From an uncultured delta proteobacterium (lineage in GTDB: Bacteria > Myxococcota_A > UBA9160 > UBA4427): 64,000 bases of DNA. Position 1 is the stretch's first letter, and the number at the start of each line of letters is the position of its first letter. Under the pieces are notes generated by a model that ran no database searches, was not told the DNA's origin, and was given only the letters and a program-made list of their open reading frames with translations. Of this stretch, positions 27,839-37,361 are shown piece after piece. Made by a program: the position numbers and the translations under genes. The stretch spans positions 128,001-192,000 of the forward strand of contig CAWGJT010000012.1 of NCBI GenBank assembly GCA_963822965.1, read 5' to 3'.

Positions 27839-28740
27839 GCCAGCGCCGTCCCGCCCGCGGCTACGCGGCGCTGGTGCTCGCCGGTCGTCGCAGCGCGGAC
27901 GACCCCCTTGCCGCCGCAGCCGGCGCGCCCCATCGCGCCCTGCTCGACGTCCAGGGCACCCCGATGCTGGAGCGTGTGCTGCAAACGCTCGTGGCGACGC
28001 CGTGCATCCGGGAGATCGTGGTCAGCATCGACGAGCCCCGTCTGCTGGAACGGTTCCCGGGCATCGTCGCGCTGCGAGACGCCTCGCGGATCGTCGTGGT
28101 CGAGGCCGCGAGCAGTCCGAGCCGCAGCGTGCTGGCGATCCTCGGGGACGGATCGTCCGAGCAGCCCCTGCTGGTCACCACGGCCGACCACCCGCTGCTG
28201 ACCGTCGAGCTGGTGGAGGAGTTCCTGGCCCGCGCCGAAGCCCGCGGCGGCGACGTGGCCGTGGCGCTGGTCTCCTCGGCGGCCATCCGCGCCCGCTTTC
28301 CGGATGCGGTGCGGACCTACCTGCGCTTCGCGGACGAGCGCTACAGCGGCGCCAACCTGTTCGCCTTCCTGACGCCCCGGTCCCGCAGCGCGGTGGAGTT
28401 CTGGACACGCGCCGAGAGCTTCCGGAAGCGCCCTTGGCGTCTGGTCGCCACCTTCGGACCCCGAGCGCTGCTGCTCTTCCTGGGGCGGCGGCTCGACCTG
28501 GAGGCGGCCTTCGCCCACGTGTCGCGATCGCTCGGGGTGCGCGTGGTGCCCGTGGTCCTGGCGCAGGCGGAGGCCGCCGTGGACGTCGACAAGATCGCCG
28601 ACCTCGAGCTGGTGAACCGGATCCTGGCAGGCGCGGGGGTGCCCGATCCCGAGACCCCGGCGGAGGCGCCGGAGTCCGATGCTGGGGATCAGAGCCGCCG
28701 TTCGCCCTCGGCGACGAAGCCGCCGCTCGCCGCTTCGTAG
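27835..28740 (+). CDS. MobA-like NTP transferase (CpgD-like nucleotidyltransferase)
   Basis: ATGA coupling. ALVLAGRR..DDPLA...HRALLDV.G.PML.RV, SPSRSV, LVTTADHPLL, RTYLRF....YSGANLF, RKRPWRL and AAVDVDK.ADL. Confidence 0.75.
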   Translation: MSQRRPARGYAALVLAGRRSADDPLAAAAGAPHRALLDVQGTPMLERVLQTLVATPCIREIVVSIDEPRLLERFPGIVALRDASRIVVVEAASSPSRSVLAILGDGSSEQPLLVTTADHPLLTVELVEEFLARAEARGGDVAVALVSSAAIRARFPDAVRTYLRFADERYSGANLFAFLTPRSRSAVEFWTRAESFRKRPWRLVATFGPRALLLFLGRRLDLEAAFAHVSRSLGVRVVPVVLAQAEAAVDVDKIADLELVNRILAGAGVPDPETPAEAPESDAGDQSRRSPSATKPPLAAS

Positions 28741-29651
28741 CCTCGGGTCGCCAGCGTGAACCGGAAGCGGGGCCCCTTGGAGACGGCCCGCCGCTCGATC
28801 CGGAACAGGTGGTACTGGGCGCGGCGGGTCTCCAGCTCGTCGCAATGAGAGGACGAGCGGACGCCGACCACCGGGATCGGCCCCTCCGGCCCTTCGACCT
28901 GGTGGACCAGGGTGCGGTGCCCGTGGCCGTGCAGGACCAGGTCGGCCCCCACGTCCCGCAGCACCCCACGCAGCTCCGCCGAATCACGCAGACGCCGGCG
29001 CGGCGTGAATCCCTCGTCCACCACCGGGTGATGGACCAGGAGGACGCAACAGAGCTCGCGCGAGCGCAGCTCGGCCAGGGTCGAGGCGAGCCGTTCGATC
29101 TGCTGATGGCCCAGTCGACCGGAGGCGGAGCCCGCACGGGTCGGCAGAGCGCTGCACGCCCCGACGAGCGCAACCGGCCCGCGAACCCGCACCGTCGGAA
29201 AGTCTTCGTGCTTGGGTGCGGAGACCGCGGAGACCGGAGGCGCAGCGACTGCCGAGGGCGGAGCTTCGCGTTCCTCGAGCACCTCGTCCGAGACCATGTA
29301 CTCGGACCACAGGTCCCAGCTCCGCTCGTGGGGCACCGCTACGTACGCATCGTGATTGCCCGGAACGAGCGAGATCCAGGAAGGCGGGCCGAGCTCGGCG
29401 AGCAGCTGTGCCGCGGCCTCGAACTCTCCGGGCAGCGCGATGTTGGTGAGGTCGCCCGTGATCGCCACGTGATCCGGATTCTGGCGTTTGAGATCCTTGA
29501 AGAGCGCCCGCAGGACCTCGCCGCGATGGAGGTGCCGGCGGCGGTGCTGCCACGAGAGCCAACCGAGGAAGCGCTTGCCCAGCAGATCTCGCGGTCGGCA
29601 GCCCTCGAGCGAGGTCACGTGCCAGTCCGACAGATGCGCGAGGGTGAACAC
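28689..29651 (-). CDS. Calcineurin-like metallophosphoesterase
   Basis: HLSDWH, ITGDLTN, VPGNHD, VHHP and LHGHGH motifs. Start GTG 29651 (or 29678). Confidence 0.9.
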   Translation of the reverse strand: MFTLAHLSDWHVTSLEGCRPRDLLGKRFLGWLSWQHRRRHLHRGEVLRALFKDLKRQNPDHVAITGDLTNIALPGEFEAAAQLLAELGPPSWISLVPGNHDAYVAVPHERSWDLWSEYMVSDEVLEEREAPPSAVAAPPVSAVSAPKHEDFPTVRVRGPVALVGACSALPTRAGSASGRLGHQQIERLASTLAELRSRELCCVLLVHHPVVDEGFTPRRRLRDSAELRGVLRDVGADLVLHGHGHRTLVHQVEGPEGPIPVVGVRSSSHCDELETRRAQYHLFRIERRAVSKGPRFRFTLATRGYEAASGGFVAEGERRL

Positions 29652-29894
29652 GAGCTGGGCTCCCTGGGGGATCGTCACGAGATCGGAGGCCGGGGCTGGA
29701 AGGAGGCTATCTCACCCGCAGCCCGTGTGATAGCCTCGCCTGCCGCTCCGCGCCCGCAACCGTCCTTCAGCTGGCCGCCAGACCCGGCAGGAAGGCTCCA
29801 TCGCCGACAGACCCCCTCGAGACGCGAGGCAGAGCGCCCGGACGAGGGCCGTCCAGGTCATGGCCCGAGCGGCCTGGAGAGCAGGAACAGCATT

Positions 29895-31139
29895 TTGCCG
29901 GTCGAAGCGAGCAGAAGGCCGCACACCTGGATCCTGACCGGAGAGCCGGACCACGCGGGATCGGGTGCCGCCGCGGCCCCGGAAGCCCGTGTCTGGGGGC
30001 TGACGACCCGGGAGCGCCTGCGCCGCAGCCTGCTACGCGCCGGCGTGTCGGGCATCGAGGCCCTCGCTCCGGGCGACCCGGTGCCCGCGTGCGAGGCGAA
30101 GTGCCTCGTGCTGCGCGGGGACCTCTTCTACGACGAACGCGTTCTGGACGGGCTGCTGGGCGCCCGAAACGTCGTCCTCGACCACAGCCTCCACGAAGGC
30201 GACGACGCGGTTCCGGTGGCCGCGATGTGCGATTCGGAGGATCTCGGCGCGGTCGTCGAGCATCTGCGCGAGCCGAAGCGTCCCCTGCCGGACGGGCTCG
30301 CCCGGGTCGGCGTGCTCGATCTCGCTCCGGCCTACAACACGAAGCTGCGGAAGATCGACGTGCCCTTCGTGTACCCCGCCAGCGTGCCGGCCCACCACCT
30401 GGAGGAGATCGAGAACCGGGTGTTCGCGGCCTCCTACAAGGGCATCACCGATCTGGTGACGAAGTGGGTGTTTCCACGGCCCGCGCGCGCCGTGGTGCGG
30501 GTGCTGGCGCACTGGGGCGTTCAGCCCAACACCGTGACGGCCGTCAGCTACGCGCTGGCGATCGCGGTAACCTGGCTCTTCGCCGAGGGGTGGTTCGCGA
30601 CCGGGCTCGCTCTCGGCTGGCTGATGACCTTCCTCGACACCGTCGACGGGAAGCTCGCGCGCTGCACGCTCACCGCCACGCGCTTCGGAAACGTATTCGA
30701 TCACGGGCTCGACCTCGTGCATCCCCCAATCTGGTGGGCGGCGTGGGCGGCCGGCCTGCCGGGCGGGATCGCCGGCCACGAGCTGGCGTTCTGGGTCGTC
30801 GTCGGCGGCTACGTCCTGGGGCGAGGCCTGGAAGGCGTCTTCAGTCTCGCATTCGGCATTCCGTTCTTCGTCTGGCGACCCTTCGACGCGTTCTTCCGTC
30901 AGGTGATCGCGCGACGCAATCCCAACCTGATCCTGCTGACCGCGAGCGTCCTCGTCGGCAAGCCCGTGTGGGGCTTCCAGGCCGTCGCCGTCTGGACGGC
31001 GATCTGCCTGGTCATCGCGGCGGGCCGCAACGTGCAGGCGCACCTCGAAGCCCGGCGCGGCGTGGACATCCACTCGTGGCTCGACGATCTCGAGGATCAC
31101 GAGGAAGCGGGGCGGATCGCCACCAGCTCTCACGCCTGA
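29895..31139 (+). CDS. CDP-alcohol phosphatidyltransferase family protein with N-terminal soluble extension (CpgA-like)
   Basis: YKGITDLVTKW, QPNTVT, signature FLDTVDGKLAR......FGNVFDHGLD..HP, and ARRNPN. Start assumed at TTG 29895. Confidence 0.85.
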   Translation: MPVEASRRPHTWILTGEPDHAGSGAAAAPEARVWGLTTRERLRRSLLRAGVSGIEALAPGDPVPACEAKCLVLRGDLFYDERVLDGLLGARNVVLDHSLHEGDDAVPVAAMCDSEDLGAVVEHLREPKRPLPDGLARVGVLDLAPAYNTKLRKIDVPFVYPASVPAHHLEEIENRVFAASYKGITDLVTKWVFPRPARAVVRVLAHWGVQPNTVTAVSYALAIAVTWLFAEGWFATGLALGWLMTFLDTVDGKLARCTLTATRFGNVFDHGLDLVHPPIWWAAWAAGLPGGIAGHELAFWVVVGGYVLGRGLEGVFSLAFGIPFFVWRPFDAFFRQVIARRNPNLILLTASVLVGKPVWGFQAVAVWTAICLVIAAGRNVQAHLEARRGVDIHSWLDDLEDHEEAGRIATSSHA

Positions 31140-31569
31140 GCCGAAGTGGGGCCTTTTGCCATCAGGCCCGGGACAGCTCGGCGCCCCGGGCCCGCCAGGG
31201 CCTCCGCTCGCGCAAGCCGTTGATCCGCTAGGGGTCCTGGTTCAAGGGGGCACGGCGGCTCGACGATGCAGAAGGTGATCCGGGTGTTGCTTCCCTCGGA
31301 GCCCCTCTCGGGTGGCCCGAATCATGACCCGAATCCTGAGGAGGGTGGATATCCCGAAGCTCCGAGTCCCGTCCCCGGCGGGTGGCAGAGGTCTGCCGAG
31401 TGGGTACGCTCTGCCGCGTTCGAGACGACCCCTCCCCCCTGTCCCGGGGTCTGGCGTAGCCAAGGTAAATCCTTCGAGCTGTAACTGGCCCGGCCACGGG
31501 CTGTAACGAAACGCCGGCGAATCGAAAATCCCGCGCGGGCCAAGCCCACCCCCCACTGGAGATCTACCT

Positions 31570-32532
31570 GTGCGTATCGGTCTACTGAACAACCTCCGTG
31601 CGGGACGCAGCGCCGAGCGCGTCTCCCGGCTGCTGCGGTTCTTGAAGGGCCATCCGGACGTAGTGACCGTCGAGACCACCAGCGCGCTGGCGGTGCCCGA
31701 GGCCCTGTCGGAGCTGGCACGCCAGGACGTCGAGCTGCTGGCCATCAACGGCGGCGACGGAACCGTGCAGCACGCCCTGACGGAGATCCTGGGCCATCGG
31801 GCGTTCGAGGGCCGGGTGCCGCTGATCGCGCCCCTGCGCGGCGGCCGCACGAACATGAGCGCGCTCGACCTGGGAGCGCACCGCGATCCCGTGAAGGGCA
31901 TGGCGTCCCTGATCGCCTCGGCGCGAGAGGGCACGCTGGACGGACGCATCACCGAGCGCCACGTGCTGCGGGTGCAGTACGGCCCGAACCAGGACTTTCT
32001 CTACGGCATGTTCTTCGGCGGTGGCATGATCTACCGGGCCATCGAGCTGAACCATCGCCTCTTCAAGCAGGACGCCCGCAGCCAGGGCGTCGTCGGCGCG
32101 ACCCTCGTGACCGCGGGCCTCATCACCCGGGCCTGCATGGGCCAGAGCGAGGGCATCCTCGAGCCCAACAAGGTGCAGGTGCTGCTGGACGGCGAGCCGC
32201 TCCCCACGGGCGAGTACGTGATGATCATCTCCACGAGCCTGCACCGGCTGTTCGCCGGCATGCGTCCGTTCTGGGGCAACGGCCCGGGCGGTGTCCGCTT
32301 CACTGCCGTGGCGAGCGGCGCCCGGCGGATCGGAATCGCGGTGCCGGGCATCTTGCGGGGCAAGCCGCGCAGCTGGGTGAACGACGAGACCGGCTACGTG
32401 AGCCGCAACGTGAAGTGCGCCGAGATGCGTTTCGACTGCGGCTTCACGGTGGACGGGGAGCTCGTGCAGCCCGAGGCGGGATGCGTCGCGACCCTGACGG
32501 CGGACGACCGCGTCCAGTTCGTGCGCGCGTAA
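31570..32532 (+). CDS. Diacylglycerol/sphingosine kinase family lipid kinase (CpgB ceramide-kinase-like)
   Basis: LLNNLRAGR, INGGDGTVQ, PLRGGRTNMSA.DLG, GMFFGGG and FTVDGE. Confidence 0.8.
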   Translation: MRIGLLNNLRAGRSAERVSRLLRFLKGHPDVVTVETTSALAVPEALSELARQDVELLAINGGDGTVQHALTEILGHRAFEGRVPLIAPLRGGRTNMSALDLGAHRDPVKGMASLIASAREGTLDGRITERHVLRVQYGPNQDFLYGMFFGGGMIYRAIELNHRLFKQDARSQGVVGATLVTAGLITRACMGQSEGILEPNKVQVLLDGEPLPTGEYVMIISTSLHRLFAGMRPFWGNGPGGVRFTAVASGARRIGIAVPGILRGKPRSWVNDETGYVSRNVKCAEMRFDCGFTVDGELVQPEAGCVATLTADDRVQFVRA

Positions 32533-32542
32533 CCCCCGGCCC

Positions 32543-33508
32543 TTGCAGGCGGCGCCGCTCGTCCACCGCGTCGCGGGGGAGCTCGACCGCCCCGCTCCGG
32601 CGGCGGCGCGACTCCTCTCGAACGCCATCCTCGAGCGCCACGGCGACAGCGTCGCCGCGGTGGTCTTCTACGGCTCGTGCCTCCGCAAGGAAACCCACGA
32701 AGGGGTCCTGGACTTCTACGTCCTGGTGGACGACTACCGGGGGGCGTACGGGTCCTGGTACCTGCGCGCCGTCAACGCCCTGGTGCCCCCCAACGTCTTC
32801 TTCCTGAGCGTGGATACGGACGTCGGCACGGTGCGCTGCAAGTACGCGGTGATCTCGCTGCGGGACTTCGAGCGCCGGGTGGGCCCCGAGGCGCTCGTGC
32901 CCTACTTCTGGGCACGCTTCGCCCAGCCCGCGCTGCTCGTCCACGCCCGGGACCCGCAGGCGCGGGAAGCGGTGGCGCGCTGCTGCGCCCGCGCCGTGGT
33001 CACCCTCGTCCGTCGGCTGTCGGTATTCCTGCCCGCCCACGGCGCGACCCAGCGCTTCTCGCCCGCGGCGCTGTGGCAGGAGGCGTTCCGTCGCACGTAC
33101 GGGTCGGAGCTGCGGACCGAGTCGACGGAGACCGTCCGCGCCAACTACGAGGCGGATCCCGCCCGCTACGACGCCGTCGCGGGACTGGCCCTCGAGGAGC
33201 TCGCCGCCGACGGCTGGCTGGACGAGGTGAGCCGGCGGGGACCTTCCTTCGAGGTGCGGATGTCGCCGCGCCGCCGCCGCCTGGCCCGCTGGCGCTGGGC
33301 GCTGGAACGGCCGCTCTGCAAGGGGCTCGCCTTCGTGCGCCTGTTCAAGAACGCGACCACGTTCGGTGACTGGCTCCCTTACATCGTGTGGAAGCTCGAG
33401 CGGCACACCGGGAAGCCGCTGGAGCTGACCGAGCGCCAGCGACGCCACCCGTTCGTCTTCGGCTGGCCCGTCCTGGCCCGGCTTCTCTGGAATCGGGACA
33501 TCTTCTGA
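32543..33508 (+). CDS. Nucleotidyltransferase-fold protein, Tam41/CpgC-like
   Basis: AVVFYGSCLR......VLDFYVLVDDY (GS..DxD-type NTase motif), PPNVF, KYAVIS, WARFAQP, TY.SELR.E, R.FK.A.TF and YI.WKLERH.G. Confidence 0.65.
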   Translation: MQAAPLVHRVAGELDRPAPAAARLLSNAILERHGDSVAAVVFYGSCLRKETHEGVLDFYVLVDDYRGAYGSWYLRAVNALVPPNVFFLSVDTDVGTVRCKYAVISLRDFERRVGPEALVPYFWARFAQPALLVHARDPQAREAVARCCARAVVTLVRRLSVFLPAHGATQRFSPAALWQEAFRRTYGSELRTESTETVRANYEADPARYDAVAGLALEELAADGWLDEVSRRGPSFEVRMSPRRRRLARWRWALERPLCKGLAFVRLFKNATTFGDWLPYIVWKLERHTGKPLELTERQRRHPFVFGWPVLARLLWNRDIF

Positions 33509-33575
33509 GCGCCATGGGACGCATCCTGCAGGTCCCGGCCACCGCAAGCCTCCCGCCGGGCCTCGGATAGCCGTC

Positions 33576-35033
33576 GTGCCGCAGGCGCCGTCCGTATCGG
33601 CTCATCGCCAGCAACCGGGCCGCTTCGCGCCCGAAGCCACCCTCGCCTACGCGCTCCTGTGGCTAGCGGTGGTCTTCTACGGCTGGTCCCCGCTGATCGA
33701 CCACGACGCGACGGCCTGGCTCCGATACCCCGAGAGCTCCGCGGAGCGGATGACGGAGCGGGATCTCGAGCTCGCCGAAGCCATCGAGAACGAGCCCCCG
33801 CCCCTGCGTACGCTCCTCGGCGGCCTGTACGGCAGTCGCGAAGACGCCCTGTACAGCGCCATCGACGTCCACCGGGACGTGATCGACGCCCTCGGCGGGA
33901 GCACTGCCACGGCCCGGGCAAGTGTGCTGCGACTCGCCCTGCTCCTCTCCGAGGCGGGAGAGCCCGAGGAGGCCCGGGCGGCCCTCGAAGACGACGAGGA
34001 CCCGACGTTCCTCGCGATCTTCTCCGCCATCGAGGAGCAGCGGATCGATCCCGGCCGGGAGGACGACGACATCGACCGCTTCGCCATGGCCGGGCTCTCG
34101 GGCGCCTACCTGGACCTCGCGACCCGCGCGGTAGCGGTGGCCGCGGGAGACCCGGAGCGGGCCGCCGCGGCCACCGCACGCATCCGGGAGCGGGGCGAGC
34201 GCTACGCGCACCGATCCCTGTGGCTGCTGGCCTCCAACGCCCTGCTGGTCGTGCTGGGATCCGGAGTCGCGCTGCTGCGCGTCCGGCGGCTGCGCGACCT
34301 GCTGCTGGGTCCGGGCAGGACCCCGCCCTGGTCCCTCGAGGACGGCGTGGGCGTGTTCATCCGGGGCGACTTCTGGAACCGCCTGTACTTCGTGGCGGTG
34401 ATGTGGATCGGCGACCAGCCCTGGGGAGCGCGTCTGTCCGACGGTCCCGTAGGCGATCTGCTCCAGACCTGGGGCTCGCTGGCCGCCTCCCTGCCGCTGC
34501 TCTGGCTCGTCCACCACCACCTCCTCGCGCCCCGCCGGGCCAGCCCCGTGCGCGCCTTCGGTCTCGACCCGCGGTGGACCGGGGTGGGGGCGCTCTTGGC
34601 CGTCGGGCTCGGCGCCGTCGCGGTCGATCTGGCCGGGACCCAGGCCATCGCCTGGGCCACCTGGGGCCTCGGCGTGTCCTCGAGCTGGGCGGAGGGCTTC
34701 GACGAGGTGCTGGTGTGGGGCTCCTCCGCGCAGGTGCTCCTCACCAGCACCGACTACGTCCTGTGGGCGCCCGCCTCCGAGGAGCTCGCCTTCCGCGGGG
34801 TGCTGTACTTCTCGCTGCGCCACCGGCTGCCGCCCGTGGCGGCCGCGGCCATCACGGCGGGCCTGTTCGCCGCGCTCCACTTCTATTCCCTGCCGGGCTT
34901 CCTGATGACCCTGTGGAGCGGGTTCGTGTGGGCCCTGGCCTTCGAGGCCGCGCGCAGCCTGCTGCCCGGCGTCGCGGCGCACGCGGTCTACAACGCGCTC
35001 TACGTCGCCGGCATCGTGCTGCTGTACCGCTGA
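33576..35033 (+). CDS. CPBP (CAAX/Abi) intramembrane metalloprotease with N-terminal helical periplasmic domain
   Basis: APASEELAFRG, FAALHF and AHAVYN motifs; multiple TMs. Confidence 0.85.
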   Translation: MPQAPSVSAHRQQPGRFAPEATLAYALLWLAVVFYGWSPLIDHDATAWLRYPESSAERMTERDLELAEAIENEPPPLRTLLGGLYGSREDALYSAIDVHRDVIDALGGSTATARASVLRLALLLSEAGEPEEARAALEDDEDPTFLAIFSAIEEQRIDPGREDDDIDRFAMAGLSGAYLDLATRAVAVAAGDPERAAAATARIRERGERYAHRSLWLLASNALLVVLGSGVALLRVRRLRDLLLGPGRTPPWSLEDGVGVFIRGDFWNRLYFVAVMWIGDQPWGARLSDGPVGDLLQTWGSLAASLPLLWLVHHHLLAPRRASPVRAFGLDPRWTGVGALLAVGLGAVAVDLAGTQAIAWATWGLGVSSSWAEGFDEVLVWGSSAQVLLTSTDYVLWAPASEELAFRGVLYFSLRHRLPPVAAAAITAGLFAALHFYSLPGFLMTLWSGFVWALAFEAARSLLPGVAAHAVYNALYVAGIVLLYR

Positions 35034-35128
35034 GGGCGGCAGGACCCGGGAAATCGCCGGGGGAGACCCGGCGCGGCGACCTATACTCGCCGCCGGACGC
35101 GGCACGAAGCCGGGGAACGGAGGCCAGC

Positions 35129-35890
35129 ATGGACGTGGAAGGCAAGGCGGCGATCGTCACGGGCGCCAGCAGCGGGGTGGGTCGCGCGACGGCCCTGCGC
35201 CTCGCCGAGAAGGGGTGCTCGGTGCTGGTGAACTACAGCCGCAGCCGGGACGCCGCCGAGCAGGTCGCCAAGGAGGCCGAGTCGCACGGCGTGATGGCGA
35301 TCCCCTTCCGGGCGGACGTGTCGGCGGACGCCGACTGCGTCGCCATGGTCGCCGAGGCCACCGGCGCCTTCGGTCGCCTCGACATCCTGGTCAACAACGC
35401 CGGCACCACGCGCTTCATCAACCACCACGATCTCGCGGGCGTCAGCGACGAGGCGTGGGACGAGATCCTGTCGGTGAACCTCAAGGGTCCCTTCCAGTGC
35501 ACCCGTGCCGCGCGAGACGCCCTGGCCGCGTCGGGGAGCGCCGAGGTCGTCATGACCTCGAGCGTGGCCGGAATCGCCGGCACCGGCAGCTCGATTCCGT
35601 ACTGCACCTCGAAGGCGGGTCTCAACATCCTCACCGTGACCCTCGCCCGTGTGCTGGGCCCGGAGATCCGCGTGAACGCCGTGGCCCCGGGGTTCATCGA
35701 CGGCGACTGGCTCGCCCAGGGCCTCGGCAGCGCCTACGAGCCCATCAAGAAGGCGATGCAGGACAAGTCGCCCCTGGGCCGGGTGGCGACACCCGACGAC
35801 GTCGCCCAGGCGATCCTCTCGATCATCACCGGGTCGGACCTCGTCACCGGACACGTGCTGCCCGTCGAGGGCGGCATGCTGATCGGCTAG
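35129..35890 (+). CDS. SDR family oxidoreductase (FabG-like)
   Basis: TGASSGVG, LDILVNNAG, SSVAG, YCTSK and RVNAVAPG; RBS GGAGG. Confidence 0.92.
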   Translation: MDVEGKAAIVTGASSGVGRATALRLAEKGCSVLVNYSRSRDAAEQVAKEAESHGVMAIPFRADVSADADCVAMVAEATGAFGRLDILVNNAGTTRFINHHDLAGVSDEAWDEILSVNLKGPFQCTRAARDALAASGSAEVVMTSSVAGIAGTGSSIPYCTSKAGLNILTVTLARVLGPEIRVNAVAPGFIDGDWLAQGLGSAYEPIKKAMQDKSPLGRVATPDDVAQAILSIITGSDLVTGHVLPVEGGMLIG

Positions 35891-35900
35891 CGAGCACCGG

Positions 35901-36719
35901 ATGGCCGCCCCCCGCACCGTGCTCGTGACCGGCGCCTCCTCGGGCATCGGAGCGGCCACCTCCAGCGCCCTGGCCCGCCACGGCTGGCGCGTCTTCGGCA
36001 CCCACCGCCGGCCGCGCGCCGACGCCGACCCGAAGGTCGAGTGGCTCACCATGGACGTCTGCGACGACCGCTCCGTCGACGCCGGGGTGGCCTCGGTGCT
36101 CGAGGCCGCCGGGCGCATCGACGGGCTGGTGTGCTGCGCGGGCTTCGGCATCTTCGGCGCGGTCGAGGAGGTGGGGCTCGAGGACGCCCGCCGGCAGCTC
36201 GACACCAACTTCTTCGGCGTCCTGCGCGTGCTGCGGGCGGTGCTGCCCGGCATGCGCGAGGCCGGCGGCGCGGGCGCGGACCCGCGCGTGGTGCTCGTGG
36301 GGTCGCTGGCAGGTCGGGCGCCCATTCCCTTCCAGGCCCACTACTCGGCCAGCAAGGCCGCGGTCGACGCCCTGGCCCTCGCGCTGCGCAACGAGCTGCA
36401 CGCCTTCGGGGTGAAGGTGTCCCTCGTCGAGCCCGGAGACATCGACACCCCGTTCAACGAAGCGATGGATTGGGGATCCGCCGGCGCGGGATCCGCCTAC
36501 GCGGAGCCCCTCGCGCGCTGCGAGCGCGTGATCCGCGAGTCGCTTCCCAAGGCGCCGAAGCCCGAGGTCGTGGTCCGCGCCATCGAGAAGGCGCTCACGG
36601 CCCGCCGGCCGCGGGTGCGATACGCGGTCGGTGCCGACTCGAAGCTGGTGCCGCTGGGGCGCCGGCTCCTGCCCGACTTCGTGAGCCTGTCCCTGATCCG
36701 CAGCCACTTCGACCTCTGA
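35901..36719 (+). CDS. SDR family oxidoreductase
   Basis: VTGASSGIG, DTNFFG, GSLAG, YSASK and VSLVEPGDIDT. Confidence 0.92.
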   Translation: MAAPRTVLVTGASSGIGAATSSALARHGWRVFGTHRRPRADADPKVEWLTMDVCDDRSVDAGVASVLEAAGRIDGLVCCAGFGIFGAVEEVGLEDARRQLDTNFFGVLRVLRAVLPGMREAGGAGADPRVVLVGSLAGRAPIPFQAHYSASKAAVDALALALRNELHAFGVKVSLVEPGDIDTPFNEAMDWGSAGAGSAYAEPLARCERVIRESLPKAPKPEVVVRAIEKALTARRPRVRYAVGADSKLVPLGRRLLPDFVSLSLIRSHFDL

Positions 36720-36735
36720 AACGAGCGAGGAACCG

Positions 36736-37347
36736 ATGTCGATCCGCAGCTACCTCAAGCCCCGCGTGCAGGACCTCGTGATGCGGCAGATGAACCCGAT
36801 GCGGGCCGAGACCATCGAGGTCGCCGAAGGCGACGTCCTCGAGGTGGGCTTCGGCACCGCCCTGAACCTCGATCTCTACGGGGCGGGCGTGCGCTCGCTC
36901 ACCGGGGTCGATCCGATGGACGTGTCCGCGATGCCCAAGGTGGCCGAACGCATGGCCGCGGCGCCCTTCCGCGTCGAACACCGCACCCTCCGTGCGGACG
37001 GCGGCCTGCCCTTCGACGCCGGCCGCTTCGACTGCGTGGTGACGACCTGGACCCTGTGCTCGATCCCCGACGCCAACGCGGCCCTGGCCGAGATGCGGCG
37101 GGTCCTGAAGCCGGGGGGTCGCTACGTCTTCGTGGAGCACGGACGGGCGCCCAGCGCGAGCACCGCCCGCTGGCAGGACCGGGTGAACCCCGTATGGAGG
37201 CGGCTGAGCGACGGCTGCAACATCAACCGGCGCATCGATCACCTGGTGGAGAACGGCGGATTCGAGCTCACGAAGCTCCACCGTTTCCGTGCCCGAGGCC
37301 CCGGGCTGATGGCCCACATGTTCCGGGGCATCGCCACCCGCGTCTAG
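36736..37347 (+). CDS. Class I SAM-dependent methyltransferase (METTL7/Methyltransf_11-like)
   Basis: VLEVGFGT.LN, LPFDAGRFDCVVTTWTLCSI and RRVLKPGG.YVFVEHG. Confidence 0.9.
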   Translation: MSIRSYLKPRVQDLVMRQMNPMRAETIEVAEGDVLEVGFGTALNLDLYGAGVRSLTGVDPMDVSAMPKVAERMAAAPFRVEHRTLRADGGLPFDAGRFDCVVTTWTLCSIPDANAALAEMRRVLKPGGRYVFVEHGRAPSASTARWQDRVNPVWRRLSDGCNINRRIDHLVENGGFELTKLHRFRARGPGLMAHMFRGIATRV

Positions 37348-37361
37348 CCTTGGTGCGGGGC

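Noticed and set aside
28002..29894. Apparent 1045-aa CDP-alcohol transferase fusion
   Set aside because: The N-terminal ~630 codons overlap the NTP transferase and the antisense phosphoesterase and are low-complexity. The real gene starts near 29895.
35901..36719. 3-ketosphinganine/ceramide reductase assignment for the SDR near the cpg-like locus
   Set aside because: Only generic SDR motifs are visible; proximity alone is insufficient.
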